Shown here piece after piece: positions 51,836 to 59,705 of a DNA stretch of 64,000 nt. Origin of the DNA: Candidatus Caldarchaeum sp. (GTDB lineage Archaea; Thermoproteota; Nitrososphaeria_A; Caldarchaeales; Caldarchaeaceae). Numbering within the stretch: the first letter of the stretch is position 1; every line of letters begins with the position of its first letter. Position numbers and translations under genes: made by a program. The notes beneath the pieces were generated by a model. It was not told where the DNA came from and did not search any database. It saw nothing but the letters and a program-made list of their open reading frames with translations. The stretch covers positions 29,259-93,258 of the forward strand of contig JAVQUC010000001.1 in assembly GCA_033580815.1 (NCBI GenBank), read 5' to 3'.

Positions 51836-53190
51836 TGATCGTGTCGAACGTTGATATCTTGAAGAGGATAGAAACTGCCATCCAATCCGACTTTGACAAG
51901 GCTCTCGAAGACCTTAGACGGCTCATATCGGTTCCAAGCGTATCAGCAAGAAATCAGTTTATCGGCGAATGCGCTGACTTGGTGAAAGGTCTTCTCGAAA
52001 GAGATGGTTTCGATGTAAAAATTTTGGACGGTGACGGTGGGGCACCCTTCGTCTACGCCGTTAAGGATGGTGGAAAACCTTCTATTCTGCTTTACAACCA
52101 TTACGACGTTCAGCCGCCTGAACCCCTCGAACAATGGCGGACAGACCCATTTCAGCTGACGGAGCTTGACGGCGTCTTTCATGGTCGAGGAGTTGCTGAC
52201 AACAAGGGCGAGATAGCCGTTCGGTTGTCAGCCGTTCGTGTCGTCGAAAAAGTGATGGGTAAACTTCCGCTCACCATCAAGTGGTTGATAGAAGGTGAAG
52301 AAGAGGTTGGAAGCCCTAGAATAGCTACAGTTGTTTCAAAAAATCGAAGCCTTTTCCAGGACGTGATTGGATGCATGTGGGAAGGCGGTGATGTCGATGA
52401 TAGGGGCCCAATCTTTTACCTAGGTGTCAAGGGGATTCTTTATGTAGAGCTCTCGCTTAAGACAGCAAACGCGGACATTCATTCAATGTACGCTCCCGTA
52501 GTGGAAAATGCGGCGGAAAAAATGACACGCATCGTCATGAATCTTAAAGATGAAAGAGGGAGAATAAGGATTAAGGGTTTTTATGACGATGTGAGAAGAC
52601 CCTCCGAAGCTGAAAAGAAGCTGGCAAAGAGTTTTGGAAGAAGGTCGGAGGACTTGGCGAGAAGCCTTGGGGTCGATAAACTGAAGGCGTCGAAGGATAA
52701 TTTCTTGGCGAAACTCATGTTTGATCCCACGTGCAACGTTGCCGGATTTTACTCGGGCTACACGGGCCCCGGCTCAAAAACAATAGTTCCCAGCTCGGCA
52801 AACGTGAAGATCGATTTTCGGCTTGTTCCAAACCAAGACCCGGAGAAGATTCTTCTAAGGCTGAAAAAATTCCTGCCAAGGGACATCGAAGTCAAGGTCC
52901 ACGGCATGTCGCATCCAGCGAGGATAAACCCTGACAACCCCTTAGTGAAGATCGCCGTCGAGGCGGCCGAGACAGTTTACGGAAGAAAGCCGGTGGTTCT
53001 TCCAAACACGCCTGGCACAGGACCGTTGTCTTATTTCGTCAAAGCAGGAATTCCAACTGCCATGGTGTCCGCCTTAGCCCATCCCGGATCTGGGCTACAC
53101 GCGCCAAACGAAAACATATACCGAGAGCATTTCATCAAATCGATTGAACATCATGCGATGGTTTTTATAAAAGCTGCCGAGCGAGCTTAA
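51835..53190 (+). CDS. M20 family metallopeptidase (ArgE/DapE/dipeptidase-like)
   Basis: HYDVQPPEP...GRGVADNKGE...EGEEEVGSP. Confidence 0.85.
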   Translation: MIVSNVDILKRIETAIQSDFDKALEDLRRLISVPSVSARNQFIGECADLVKGLLERDGFDVKILDGDGGAPFVYAVKDGGKPSILLYNHYDVQPPEPLEQWRTDPFQLTELDGVFHGRGVADNKGEIAVRLSAVRVVEKVMGKLPLTIKWLIEGEEEVGSPRIATVVSKNRSLFQDVIGCMWEGGDVDDRGPIFYLGVKGILYVELSLKTANADIHSMYAPVVENAAEKMTRIVMNLKDERGRIRIKGFYDDVRRPSEAEKKLAKSFGRRSEDLARSLGVDKLKASKDNFLAKLMFDPTCNVAGFYSGYTGPGSKTIVPSSANVKIDFRLVPNQDPEKILLRLKKFLPRDIEVKVHGMSHPARINPDNPLVKIAVEAAETVYGRKPVVLPNTPGTGPLSYFVKAGIPTAMVSALAHPGSGLHAPNENIYREHFIKSIEHHAMVFIKAAERA

Positions 53191-54304
53191 AGGCCAACAC
53201 AGGATGGCTGAGCAGTTTTTTGGCAACTCTTCCGATGTCTAGGCCGTTAGCCAAGTCGAGGATGTCTTCAGCCTGGAATATTCTAGCGAGGGTGTCCAGC
53301 TCTTCGTCGGATAGAACCTCGACAGCCCTCATCGCCTTAAGGCTCCTTTTGATGCGGTTCAACCAATTTTCGTATAGCTTGTAGAATTCAGACAACCTCT
53401 GTTTCGAAGTGTCGCCCTCAGCAACCGCCTCCGCCGCCACTTTCCCGGCCGCTAGTCCCGCCGAAACCGATGAATGAATCCCGGCGCCAGTCAAAGGAAT
53501 TACGTGACCGGCCGCGTCTCCGACAAGCAAGACACCGTCGAAAACGCTTTCGGATATCGCGCCTCCGATGGGTACAGGCGCTCCGCGGTAGTCGATGATC
53601 TTTGCGGTTCCGAGTTCGTCTGAAAATTTCTTGACGAAAGCGTCTAGATACTCTTTTGCAACGGCTCCCCTGACCCCGATGCCGACCTCGGCAAGCTTCT
53701 CCGTCCTCGGAAATATCCATGCGTACCCACCTGGTGCAATCTTGTTACCAAGGTAGAAGCGTACTGCGTCTGGGTTTTTGAGCTTGCAGTTGGCCATGAT
53801 GTACTGGACTGTCGGGATTGGTTCGGGTCTTTCCGTCACTCCAATGCTCCGGGCCACTGTCGAATTATAGCCATCAGCTCCTATCACGACCTTAGCCAGA
53901 TAAGTTTCTCTGTTCGTTTTGACGACGTATTTGGAGTCCTCCCGTTTGACCGAGAGAACCTCCTCCCTGACATGTATGTCCGCACCATATTCAGCGGCTT
54001 GGGCAGCGATTTCCTGGATGAAGAATGATTTGTTGATGTTGTATCCGATCTGCGGAATTTCAACTTCGATCATGCTCGGAGAGTAAACGAGGGCGTATGC
54101 CTCATGCAATACTATTCGCGGGCTCGGCTTCACGCCTGCCGTGACTAAAGTCTCTTTGCTGCATGCTTCTCCGCAGGGCTTGTTAGCCATGATGGTGGGA
54201 AATTTTTCGAGGAGCAGAACGTCGGCCCCCTTCATCGCCGAGGCCTTCGCAGCCGAAACTCCGGCAGGGCCGCCGCCGACAATCAAAATGTCGCGTTCAA
54301 TCAT
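53165..54304 (-). CDS. Geranylgeranyl reductase family flavoprotein
   Basis: DILIVGGGPAGVSAA FAD motif and LVGDAAGHVIPLTGAGI. Confidence 0.88.
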   Translation of the reverse strand: MIERDILIVGGGPAGVSAAKASAMKGADVLLLEKFPTIMANKPCGEACSKETLVTAGVKPSPRIVLHEAYALVYSPSMIEVEIPQIGYNINKSFFIQEIAAQAAEYGADIHVREEVLSVKREDSKYVVKTNRETYLAKVVIGADGYNSTVARSIGVTERPEPIPTVQYIMANCKLKNPDAVRFYLGNKIAPGGYAWIFPRTEKLAEVGIGVRGAVAKEYLDAFVKKFSDELGTAKIIDYRGAPVPIGGAISESVFDGVLLVGDAAGHVIPLTGAGIHSSVSAGLAAGKVAAEAVAEGDTSKQRLSEFYKLYENWLNRIKRSLKAMRAVEVLSDEELDTLARIFQAEDILDLANGLDIGRVAKKLLSHPVLAFKLARQLL

Positions 54305-54409
54305 GTGTGTCGGAGGCGACGGACTTTATATAAGGTTTGTCACCTAATCAGCATCGCGACTCAATGGTTAGATGTTTAAATCATGGTTTTAAGCTGACAC
54401 ATCTCAGAC

Positions 54410-54901
54410 ATGGGAGACCCGAAAAGAATACGGAAGAAATATGAAACTCCCGGCCATCCGTGGAGAAGGGAGTCTCTTGAGGAAGAATTAAAGCTGATGG
54501 GTGAATATGGGTTGAGGAACAAGCGGGAGCTTTGGCGGGTTGCAAGCATTCTTCGAAAATACAGAGCGATGGCGCGGAAGCTTTTCGTCGCCGTGGGTGA
54601 AAAAAGAATCATAGAAGAAGGCAGGCTGATAGGCCGTCTTAACAGGCTCGGCGTTCTTCCACAAGGTGCGACGCTTGACGACGTCTTGAGATTGACCGTA
54701 CGTGATTTCCTTGAGAGGAGGCTTCAAACTATTGTTTTCAGGGCTGGGCTTGCGAGAACCATTTTCCACGCTAGACAATTAATTACTCATGGAAAAATTT
54801 TGGTGGGGGGCAAGAAGGTGAGGGCTCCGAGCTACCATGTTAAGAAGGGTGAAGAGGAAACGGTCCGACTTGCGGAGCCAATCTCCGTCAGTCAGAGCTA
54901 A
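54410..54901 (+). CDS. rps4: 30S ribosomal protein S4
   Basis: MGDPKRIRKKYETPGHPW and an S4 RNA-binding domain. Confidence 0.95.
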   Translation: MGDPKRIRKKYETPGHPWRRESLEEELKLMGEYGLRNKRELWRVASILRKYRAMARKLFVAVGEKRIIEEGRLIGRLNRLGVLPQGATLDDVLRLTVRDFLERRLQTIVFRAGLARTIFHARQLITHGKILVGGKKVRAPSYHVKKGEEETVRLAEPISVSQS

Positions 54902-54924
54902 ATAATTAGTACAACATGTGAACC

Positions 54925-55356
54925 ATGATGAGCACGGAACAGATGCAGACAACAGAGCAGAAGCAAACGCAGAAGCTTAAATGGGGCGTCGTACACATTT
55001 ACTCTTCCTATAACAACATTATTGTTCATTTGACCGATTTGACCGGCTCAGAAACGATTGCAAGGGCTTCGGGCGGGATGTTCGTTGATGCGGGAAGGCT
55101 CGAGCCCACGCCCTATGCTGGTATGAGAGCCGCCTCGTTTGTGATGGAACAGGCCAAAGCAGCTGGAATCAACGCCGTTCACATTCTTGTCAGAGCTCCG
55201 GGTGGAGTTAAATCTCGAACGCCTGGGCCGGCTACCCAGGCTGCGATAAGGATGATTGCCAGGTCCGGCGTCACGATTGGAAGGATAGAGGATGTTACCC
55301 CTATACCACATGACAGCGTGCGAAAAAAAGGTGGAAGAAGGGGCAGACGGGTGTAG
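54925..55356 (+). CDS. rps11: 30S ribosomal protein S11
   Basis: [19 protein letters not shown]...GGRRGRRV. Confidence 0.95.
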   Translation: MMSTEQMQTTEQKQTQKLKWGVVHIYSSYNNIIVHLTDLTGSETIARASGGMFVDAGRLEPTPYAGMRAASFVMEQAKAAGINAVHILVRAPGGVKSRTPGPATQAAIRMIARSGVTIGRIEDVTPIPHDSVRKKGGRRGRRV

Positions 55357-55402
55357 TCGATGCAGCTTTATACCCAACGGCCCCTTGTCATGTTGATGGA
55401 GT

Positions 55403-55852
55403 TTGTCGATTAGACAGGTTGACGTATCTAGAAAAGCCGTTCAGCGGAGGGAGGCAGAGGCTGTCGGCCGCATCCAGCTCCGGCCTGAAACGGTTGAGAG
55501 AATCAAGATGGGGTTGGTGGAAAAGGGGGACCCGCTTCAAGTTGCGCGCTTGGGTGGAATTATCGGGGCAAAGTTGACCTCGTCCATACTACCGCTGTGT
55601 CACCAACTGAAACTTGAAGCAGTCGAAGTAAACGAGACGGTGGGAGATGACTTCATCGAGGTTAGGTCACGAGTAGTCGCATACGAGAAGACCGGCGTCG
55701 AAATGGAGGCGCTCGCGGCGGTGACGGCGGCTCTTCTCAACATCTGGGACGTCGTCAAACAGTACGAAAAGGACGAAAATGGCCAGTATCCGTTCACTCA
55801 AATTACGGGAGTTAAGGTTCTGTCGAAGGTGAAGCGAGACGAAACCACATGA
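55403..55852 (+). CDS. moaC: Cyclic pyranopterin monophosphate synthase MoaC
   Basis: KGDPLQVARLGGIIGAK.TS.LPLCH...VEMEALAAVTAALLNIWD. TTG start. Confidence 0.9.
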   Translation: MSIRQVDVSRKAVQRREAEAVGRIQLRPETVERIKMGLVEKGDPLQVARLGGIIGAKLTSSILPLCHQLKLEAVEVNETVGDDFIEVRSRVVAYEKTGVEMEALAAVTAALLNIWDVVKQYEKDENGQYPFTQITGVKVLSKVKRDETT

Positions 55853-56363
55853 ACTCCACAGGACCAAGGGCCCTGCAAAGCTCAGAATAGCCGTCCTTAC
55901 CGCCAGCACCTCGAGGTATAACAAAAAAGTCAGGGGCGAGCCCTACACCGACGAATCAGGGGAAAAGGCTGTTCAAACGCTCAAGGATTTTGGACATGAC
56001 GTTGAATATCTGGGCGTGGTGAACGACGACGTTTGGATGATAAGAACGTCGGTGACCAAGGCACTCGAGTTAGGGTTTGACGTCGTGGTCATTTCGGGCG
56101 GAACTGGTCTTTCTCCCCGCGACGTCACGATAGAGGCATTAAGGCCCCTTTTCGAAAAAGAAGTCGAGGGCTGGGGAGAAGTCTTCAGGATGCTCAGCTA
56201 CCAAGAAGTCGGGCCGGCCGCGGCTCTCAGTCGCACTACAGCAGGGGTAATAGACGGTAAGCTTGTCGTCGCCTTGCCTGGCTCGCCATCGGCTGTAGAG
56301 CTGGGCCTAAAAACGTTGGCCCCAGAGATGCCACACATCGTTCACATCATTCGAGGCCAGTGA
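55849..56363 (+). CDS. moaB: Molybdenum cofactor biosynthesis protein MoaB/Mog family, with no in-frame start (apparent 1-nt frameshift near the 5' end)
   Basis: The conserved frame reads HELHRTKGPAKLRIAVLTAS...VVISGGTGLSPRDVT and is open from 55833 with no ATG/GTG/TTG before 56016. The ATG at 55849 (ATGA overlap with the moaC stop) is in another frame and stops after 13 codons. Confidence 0.75.
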
Positions 56364-56367
56364 AACG

Positions 56368-57144
56368 ATGAGCCGCTTGGTCGTGCTTGGAGCCGGCAGC
56401 ATCGTCCCGACTCGGAACAGGTTTGCAAGTGGCCTTTACCTTGAGACGGCAGGCGCCAAAATTCTGTTCGACCCAGGTCCGTCAACCCTTCACCGGTTAG
56501 CAAAGATCGACGTGATGCCTCAGAGCCTTGACGCCATTCTTGTGACCCATTTTCATCTCGACCACGTATCGGACCTACCGCCTCTCATCATGCTATGGCC
56601 CTACAACGCTGATGGAACGCCGTCAAACCAGCCTAAAATTCTCCGGCTCATAGGCCCTAAAGGCCTGAACGAGCTCGTTCAAAAAATCACTAACGCTTTC
56701 CCGTATCTGATTTCGACGATGAATGCCGACAGATATTTGATGGTTGAAGAGGTCGAAGGGGGCGAGAAAAAAGTGGTTAACGAATGCGTTGTTACGGCTT
56801 TTGAGGTGGAACACTACAACGGTGTTGGCTACCGGGTCGATTTCAGCGGTCGGTCAATTGTCTATTCCGGTGACGCCGTTCCAGACGAACGACTGGTGAA
56901 AGTCGCGAAGGGTTGCGATGTGTTGGTTCATGAATGTAGTTTTCCGCACGACCGGCTGGTAGGCAAGCATACTTCCGAGAAACAGCTCGCCGAAATCGCG
57001 GCCCGCGTAAAGCCGAGGAAGCTCGTCGTCACCCATCTTTATCCCGTCTGGCTCGGGAGGGAATCAGAGATGCTCGAGGCTCTAAAAGTGGCGAATGTTG
57101 CTGAAGTCGTGATTGCGGAGGACATGACGGCGATAGAGATTTAA
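56368..57144 (+). CDS. Metallo-beta-lactamase fold hydrolase (RNase Z-like)
   Basis: THFHLDHVSD, then YSGD and HECSF. Confidence 0.8.
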   Translation: MSRLVVLGAGSIVPTRNRFASGLYLETAGAKILFDPGPSTLHRLAKIDVMPQSLDAILVTHFHLDHVSDLPPLIMLWPYNADGTPSNQPKILRLIGPKGLNELVQKITNAFPYLISTMNADRYLMVEEVEGGEKKVVNECVVTAFEVEHYNGVGYRVDFSGRSIVYSGDAVPDERLVKVAKGCDVLVHECSFPHDRLVGKHTSEKQLAEIAARVKPRKLVVTHLYPVWLGRESEMLEALKVANVAEVVIAEDMTAIEI

Positions 57145-57168
57145 ATCGACGGAGCCAAAAGCTGAGCC

Positions 57169-57687
57169 ATGATACTTTCGGACTTTGACCTGTGGAATTA
57201 TATAAGAAGTGGCCGCCTCCAAATCAACCCCTTCTCCGAGGACATCGTCAGAGAAAACGGGCTAGACCTGAGAATCGGAAGACAGCTAGCCCGTTTCAGC
57301 AAAAGTCAGCAAGTCTTTGACACACGAAACTCTGACCCATCGTCCTTCTACACCTTTGAGGAGGGTAATTCATTCATCATACAACCACGAGAACACGTTC
57401 TACTGCATACAATGGAATATCTTGCCCTGCCTAAGGATTTGATGGGGTTTGTAAACCTGAGGAGTAGCTTTGCCCGGGTAGGCTTAACCATTCCACCAAC
57501 CATCATCGATGCTAACTTCGAAGGCGAGCTAACAATAGAGCTTGTGGGCGGAGATTTCCCAATACGGCTATACGCCGGCGATAGGTTTTTGCACGTTGTT
57601 TTTGCGCGTCTTTCCTCTATCGTCGAGAAACCATACGCCGGCAAGTATCAAGGACAGAGGGGAGTTCGACTTCCCAGCTTCAAATAG
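57169..57687 (+). CDS. dcd: dCTP deaminase family
   Basis: MILSDFDLWNYI...INPF...NGLDLRIG and the beta-barrel trimer family pattern. Confidence 0.9.
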   Translation: MILSDFDLWNYIRSGRLQINPFSEDIVRENGLDLRIGRQLARFSKSQQVFDTRNSDPSSFYTFEEGNSFIIQPREHVLLHTMEYLALPKDLMGFVNLRSSFARVGLTIPPTIIDANFEGELTIELVGGDFPIRLYAGDRFLHVVFARLSSIVEKPYAGKYQGQRGVRLPSFK

Positions 57688-57977
57688 CCGCCCGCAATCG
57701 GCGGTAGTATTACCACGACGTCACCTTGTTTTAGTTGGATAGACCGCCAATCCTTTGGGTCTACGCTCTCGCCGTTCAAAGCAACCGCGAATCCAGCCTT
57801 CAGCCCCGAAACATCGAGAAAATCTTTCACCTTGTCTGCGTACTTTTGTCGGAAAGCCGCCAAAAAATCCGCAACCGTTGAATTGTCAGGGAGGTCGAAT
57901 TCTTCGGAGTTTTTTCCCAGTCGTTCGCGGATTAACGCGAAATATTTCGTGGATATTTTCAAGCCCCCTCCAGCCAT
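57648..57977 (-). CDS. moaD: MoaD/ThiS-family ubiquitin-fold protein with a 12-aa extension after Gly-Gly
   Basis: YFALIRERLG...ALNGESV...GDVVVILPPIAGG followed by YLKLGSRTPLCP before the stop. Confidence 0.8.
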   Translation of the reverse strand: MAGGGLKISTKYFALIRERLGKNSEEFDLPDNSTVADFLAAFRQKYADKVKDFLDVSGLKAGFAVALNGESVDPKDWRSIQLKQGDVVVILPPIAGGYLKLGSRTPLCP

Positions 57978-58426
57978 GAGGCCGTTCCATCGATATATAC
58001 CTCTTTTTTGAACAAGGCGGGCTCTCGTTTGTATCGTTCGACAGCGGTGCGGAGTCCGCGAAAAACCTCTTCCCTACTTTCACCTGCAGCCGCCACTACG
58101 ACAACCGGCTCTCCAACGTCGAAAACGCCAAGGAGATGCCAGACACCTACGAACCTCAGTCCGTATTCGGCTTTAACCTCATCACAGATTTTCTCAAGTG
58201 CCTTGTTTGCGTGCTCCTCATAGGACTCCATCACAAGTTTTTCCACGGACAGCTCACCCCTTCCCCTCCGTTTCACAATTCCGACAAAGAAAGCAGCAGC
58301 ACCACAAGAACCATCCGAAACGCCCTCCAAGACCGAGGTAAACAGCTTCCTAACATCTAGCTCGTCCTTGTCATACACACCGGAGCCGGGTATCTTCACG
58401 ATGACGTCAGCGACGATCAAGCACAT
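57959..58426 (-). CDS. moaE: Molybdopterin synthase catalytic subunit MoaE
   Basis: CGAAAFFVGIVK...HLLGVFDVGEPVVVVAAAGESREEVF...PALFKKEVY. The start is taken at the internal MCLIVAD. Confidence 0.85.
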   Translation of the reverse strand: MCLIVADVIVKIPGSGVYDKDELDVRKLFTSVLEGVSDGSCGAAAFFVGIVKRRGRGELSVEKLVMESYEEHANKALEKICDEVKAEYGLRFVGVWHLLGVFDVGEPVVVVAAAGESREEVFRGLRTAVERYKREPALFKKEVYIDGTASWLEGA

Positions 58427-58607
58427 ATGTTTTACTCGTGGCCAAAAATTTGAACGGTCAACGAACGCGGATGCGCAAGTATTTTTTGGGTAAAAAAATT
58501 TGCTTTTCGACAAAAAACGCCGTTAACTTGATGAGAAGCCGCTTCGTCGAACATATGATTTATATTCGGTGATTTTTGACTGAAGTTTGAGGTAAAAAGA
58601 AAAGAAA

Positions 58608-58985
58608 ATGCTTGAAGAAAAAACGATTCGGAAACAGATAATCGGTAAGCACGTCTTCGGAAACCTCTACGGATGCCCATCCCAGCTGCTGGCAGACGAA
58701 AAATATCTTCGGAGAACAGTCTTAGAAGCTGTCAAAGTTTCGAAAATGAACCTAGTCTCCATCAGGTCATGGAAGTTCGGAGGCGTGAAGGGAGGAGTTT
58801 CGGTGATCGCACTTGTTAAGGAAAGCCACATCGCTCTCCACACCTGGAACCAATACCGGTACGCTACTGTAGACATCTACACCTGCGGAGACCAGAGCAC
58901 CCCCGAGCAAGCATTCGACCTCTTCGTTAAGAAACTGAACCCAGAAAGGTTCGTCCGCCACGTAGCAGACAGGTCTTCGGAGTAA
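58608..58985 (+). CDS. speH: S-adenosylmethionine decarboxylase proenzyme (pyruvoyl, class 1b)
   Basis: GNLYGC and the self-cleavage context [11 protein letters not shown], plus VDIYTCGD. Confidence 0.9.
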   Translation: MLEEKTIRKQIIGKHVFGNLYGCPSQLLADEKYLRRTVLEAVKVSKMNLVSIRSWKFGGVKGGVSVIALVKESHIALHTWNQYRYATVDIYTCGDQSTPEQAFDLFVKKLNPERFVRHVADRSSE

Positions 58986-59010
58986 ACCGTAAAAGGTTTA
59001 CCTATTTTAT
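58982..59010 (+). terminator. Hairpin plus T-rich tract at the speH stop codon
   Basis: Perfect 7-bp stem GTAAACC/GGTTTAC (58982-58988 and 58995-59001) with a 6-nt loop, followed by CTATTTTAT. Confidence 0.35.
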
Positions 59011-59028
59011 GTTGCTTGTTCGTCAGGT

Positions 59029-59044
59029 GTTCGATTTACCGAAC
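59029..59044. promoter_or_regulatory. 16-bp palindrome GTTCGATTTACCGAAC, copy 1 (candidate operator)
   Basis: 5-bp arms GTTCG/CGAAC. It lies 18 nt downstream of the TATA-like TATTTTAT (59003-59010). Confidence 0.4.
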
Positions 59045-59314
59045 GGCATATACGAATTACAAGCACACCATCGATGCCCTTTCGTTCAACCTACAATGCA
59101 GATTGCGTTAACAATCCAACCGTCCGATACCTCCAACCGATTGGCTAAGTTCAAGTGTAGTTAACGGTGGAAAGCAGCCACAAAACCCCTGTTCGGGTCT
59201 CAGTAGGCTATTAATTCAATACTCGTTTAGATGGTGAACCTACTTTATCTCAACACATACTGCTTTTCAACGCAGATCGAGTTCCGTTACGTCTTATAAA
59301 TCCGAGGTCAATGC

Positions 59315-59330
59315 GTTCGATTTATCGAAC
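59315..59330. promoter_or_regulatory. 16-bp palindrome GTTCGATTTATCGAAC, copy 2 (candidate operator)
   Basis: Matches copy 1 at 15 of 16 positions. It lies 13 nt downstream of the TATA box TTATAAAT (59294-59301) and upstream of ORF 59397. Confidence 0.4.
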
Positions 59331-59396
59331 TCTTGACAGCACATGTTCCTGACTCAAAGTAAACGTTAAAAGGTAAACCTTATACCAATTTGACGC

Positions 59397-59705
59397 ATGA
59401 AAAAAAAGTCACACGAAAAAATAGACGAAAAAGCGCTGAGGAAATCTGTAGAATACGCGAAGAAGCAGCCGCGTCTCGCTTTTTACTCTCCGCTAGCGGC
59501 CGCAATCCTGAACTATAAGAAAAACACCGTGCCGAGATACAGCATGAGCGACGAGCTCTCGAAGATCGTCGAGGCCTCGCTGAAGCAGAAATATCCTTCT
59601 CTAACCACGAGGGCGAAGAAGCTCCTGAAATCTGGAACTAAAGCCGGCGAGACCAGACGAGCCGAGCCTCAGCCGCATGACGAGGCTGAAACTGGACGAG
59701 CCTAA
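59397..59705 (+). CDS. Small basic hypothetical protein (coding status uncertain)
   Basis: 102-aa Lys-rich ORF downstream of a TATA-plus-palindrome module. Its last 68 nt overlap the 3' end of the PfkB kinase gene. Confidence 0.35.
   Translation: MKKKSHEKIDEKALRKSVEYAKKQPRLAFYSPLAAAILNYKKNTVPRYSMSDELSKIVEASLKQKYPSLTTRAKKLLKSGTKAGETRRAEPQPHDEAETGRA

Noticed and set aside
55847-55853. Programmed +1 ribosomal frameshift at the moaC stop (ACA-TGA-A) producing a MoaC-MoaB fusion.
   Set aside because: There is no slippery sequence allowing P-site tRNA re-pairing (ACA to CAT) and no stimulatory element is evident. A simple 1-nt indel is more parsimonious.
58427-58513. A 29-codon N-terminal extension of the moaE ORF.
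   Set aside because: It does not resemble MoaE, and it extends into the A/T-rich region that separates moaE from the divergent speH gene. The internal Met gives a normal-length MoaE.
58525-58587. C/D-box sRNA-like arrangement upstream of speH: TGATGA at 58529-58534, CTGA at 58580-58583, and a 4-bp terminal stem AACT/AGTT.
   Set aside because: The internal D' and C' boxes are poor, and the C-to-D spacing (45 nt) does not give two 12-nt guides. The segment also contains the speH TATA box (TTTATATT, 58559-58566). It is more simply explained as promoter and 5' UTR sequence.
59166-59181. GGTGGAAAGCAGCCAC inside the 411-bp non-coding locus resembles the GGAAGCAGCC helix-8 motif of SRP RNA.
   Set aside because: I could not find the matching 5' strand of helix 8, a GNAR tetraloop context or the Alu-domain features. 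The similarity covers only about 10 nt.
58982-59380. MITE-like mobile element bounded by terminal repeats.
   Set aside because: The end repeats are essentially direct, with an inverted core, rather than clean terminal inverted repeats. I see no target-site duplication, and copy number cannot be assessed from one window.
58986-59396. Replication origin (ORB-like dyad repeats flanking a lower-GC stretch).
   Set aside because: No orc1/cdc6 gene is adjacent and there is no obvious long AT-rich unwinding element. The repeats sit at promoter-like distances from TATA boxes. I kept this only as a minor alternative in the finding.
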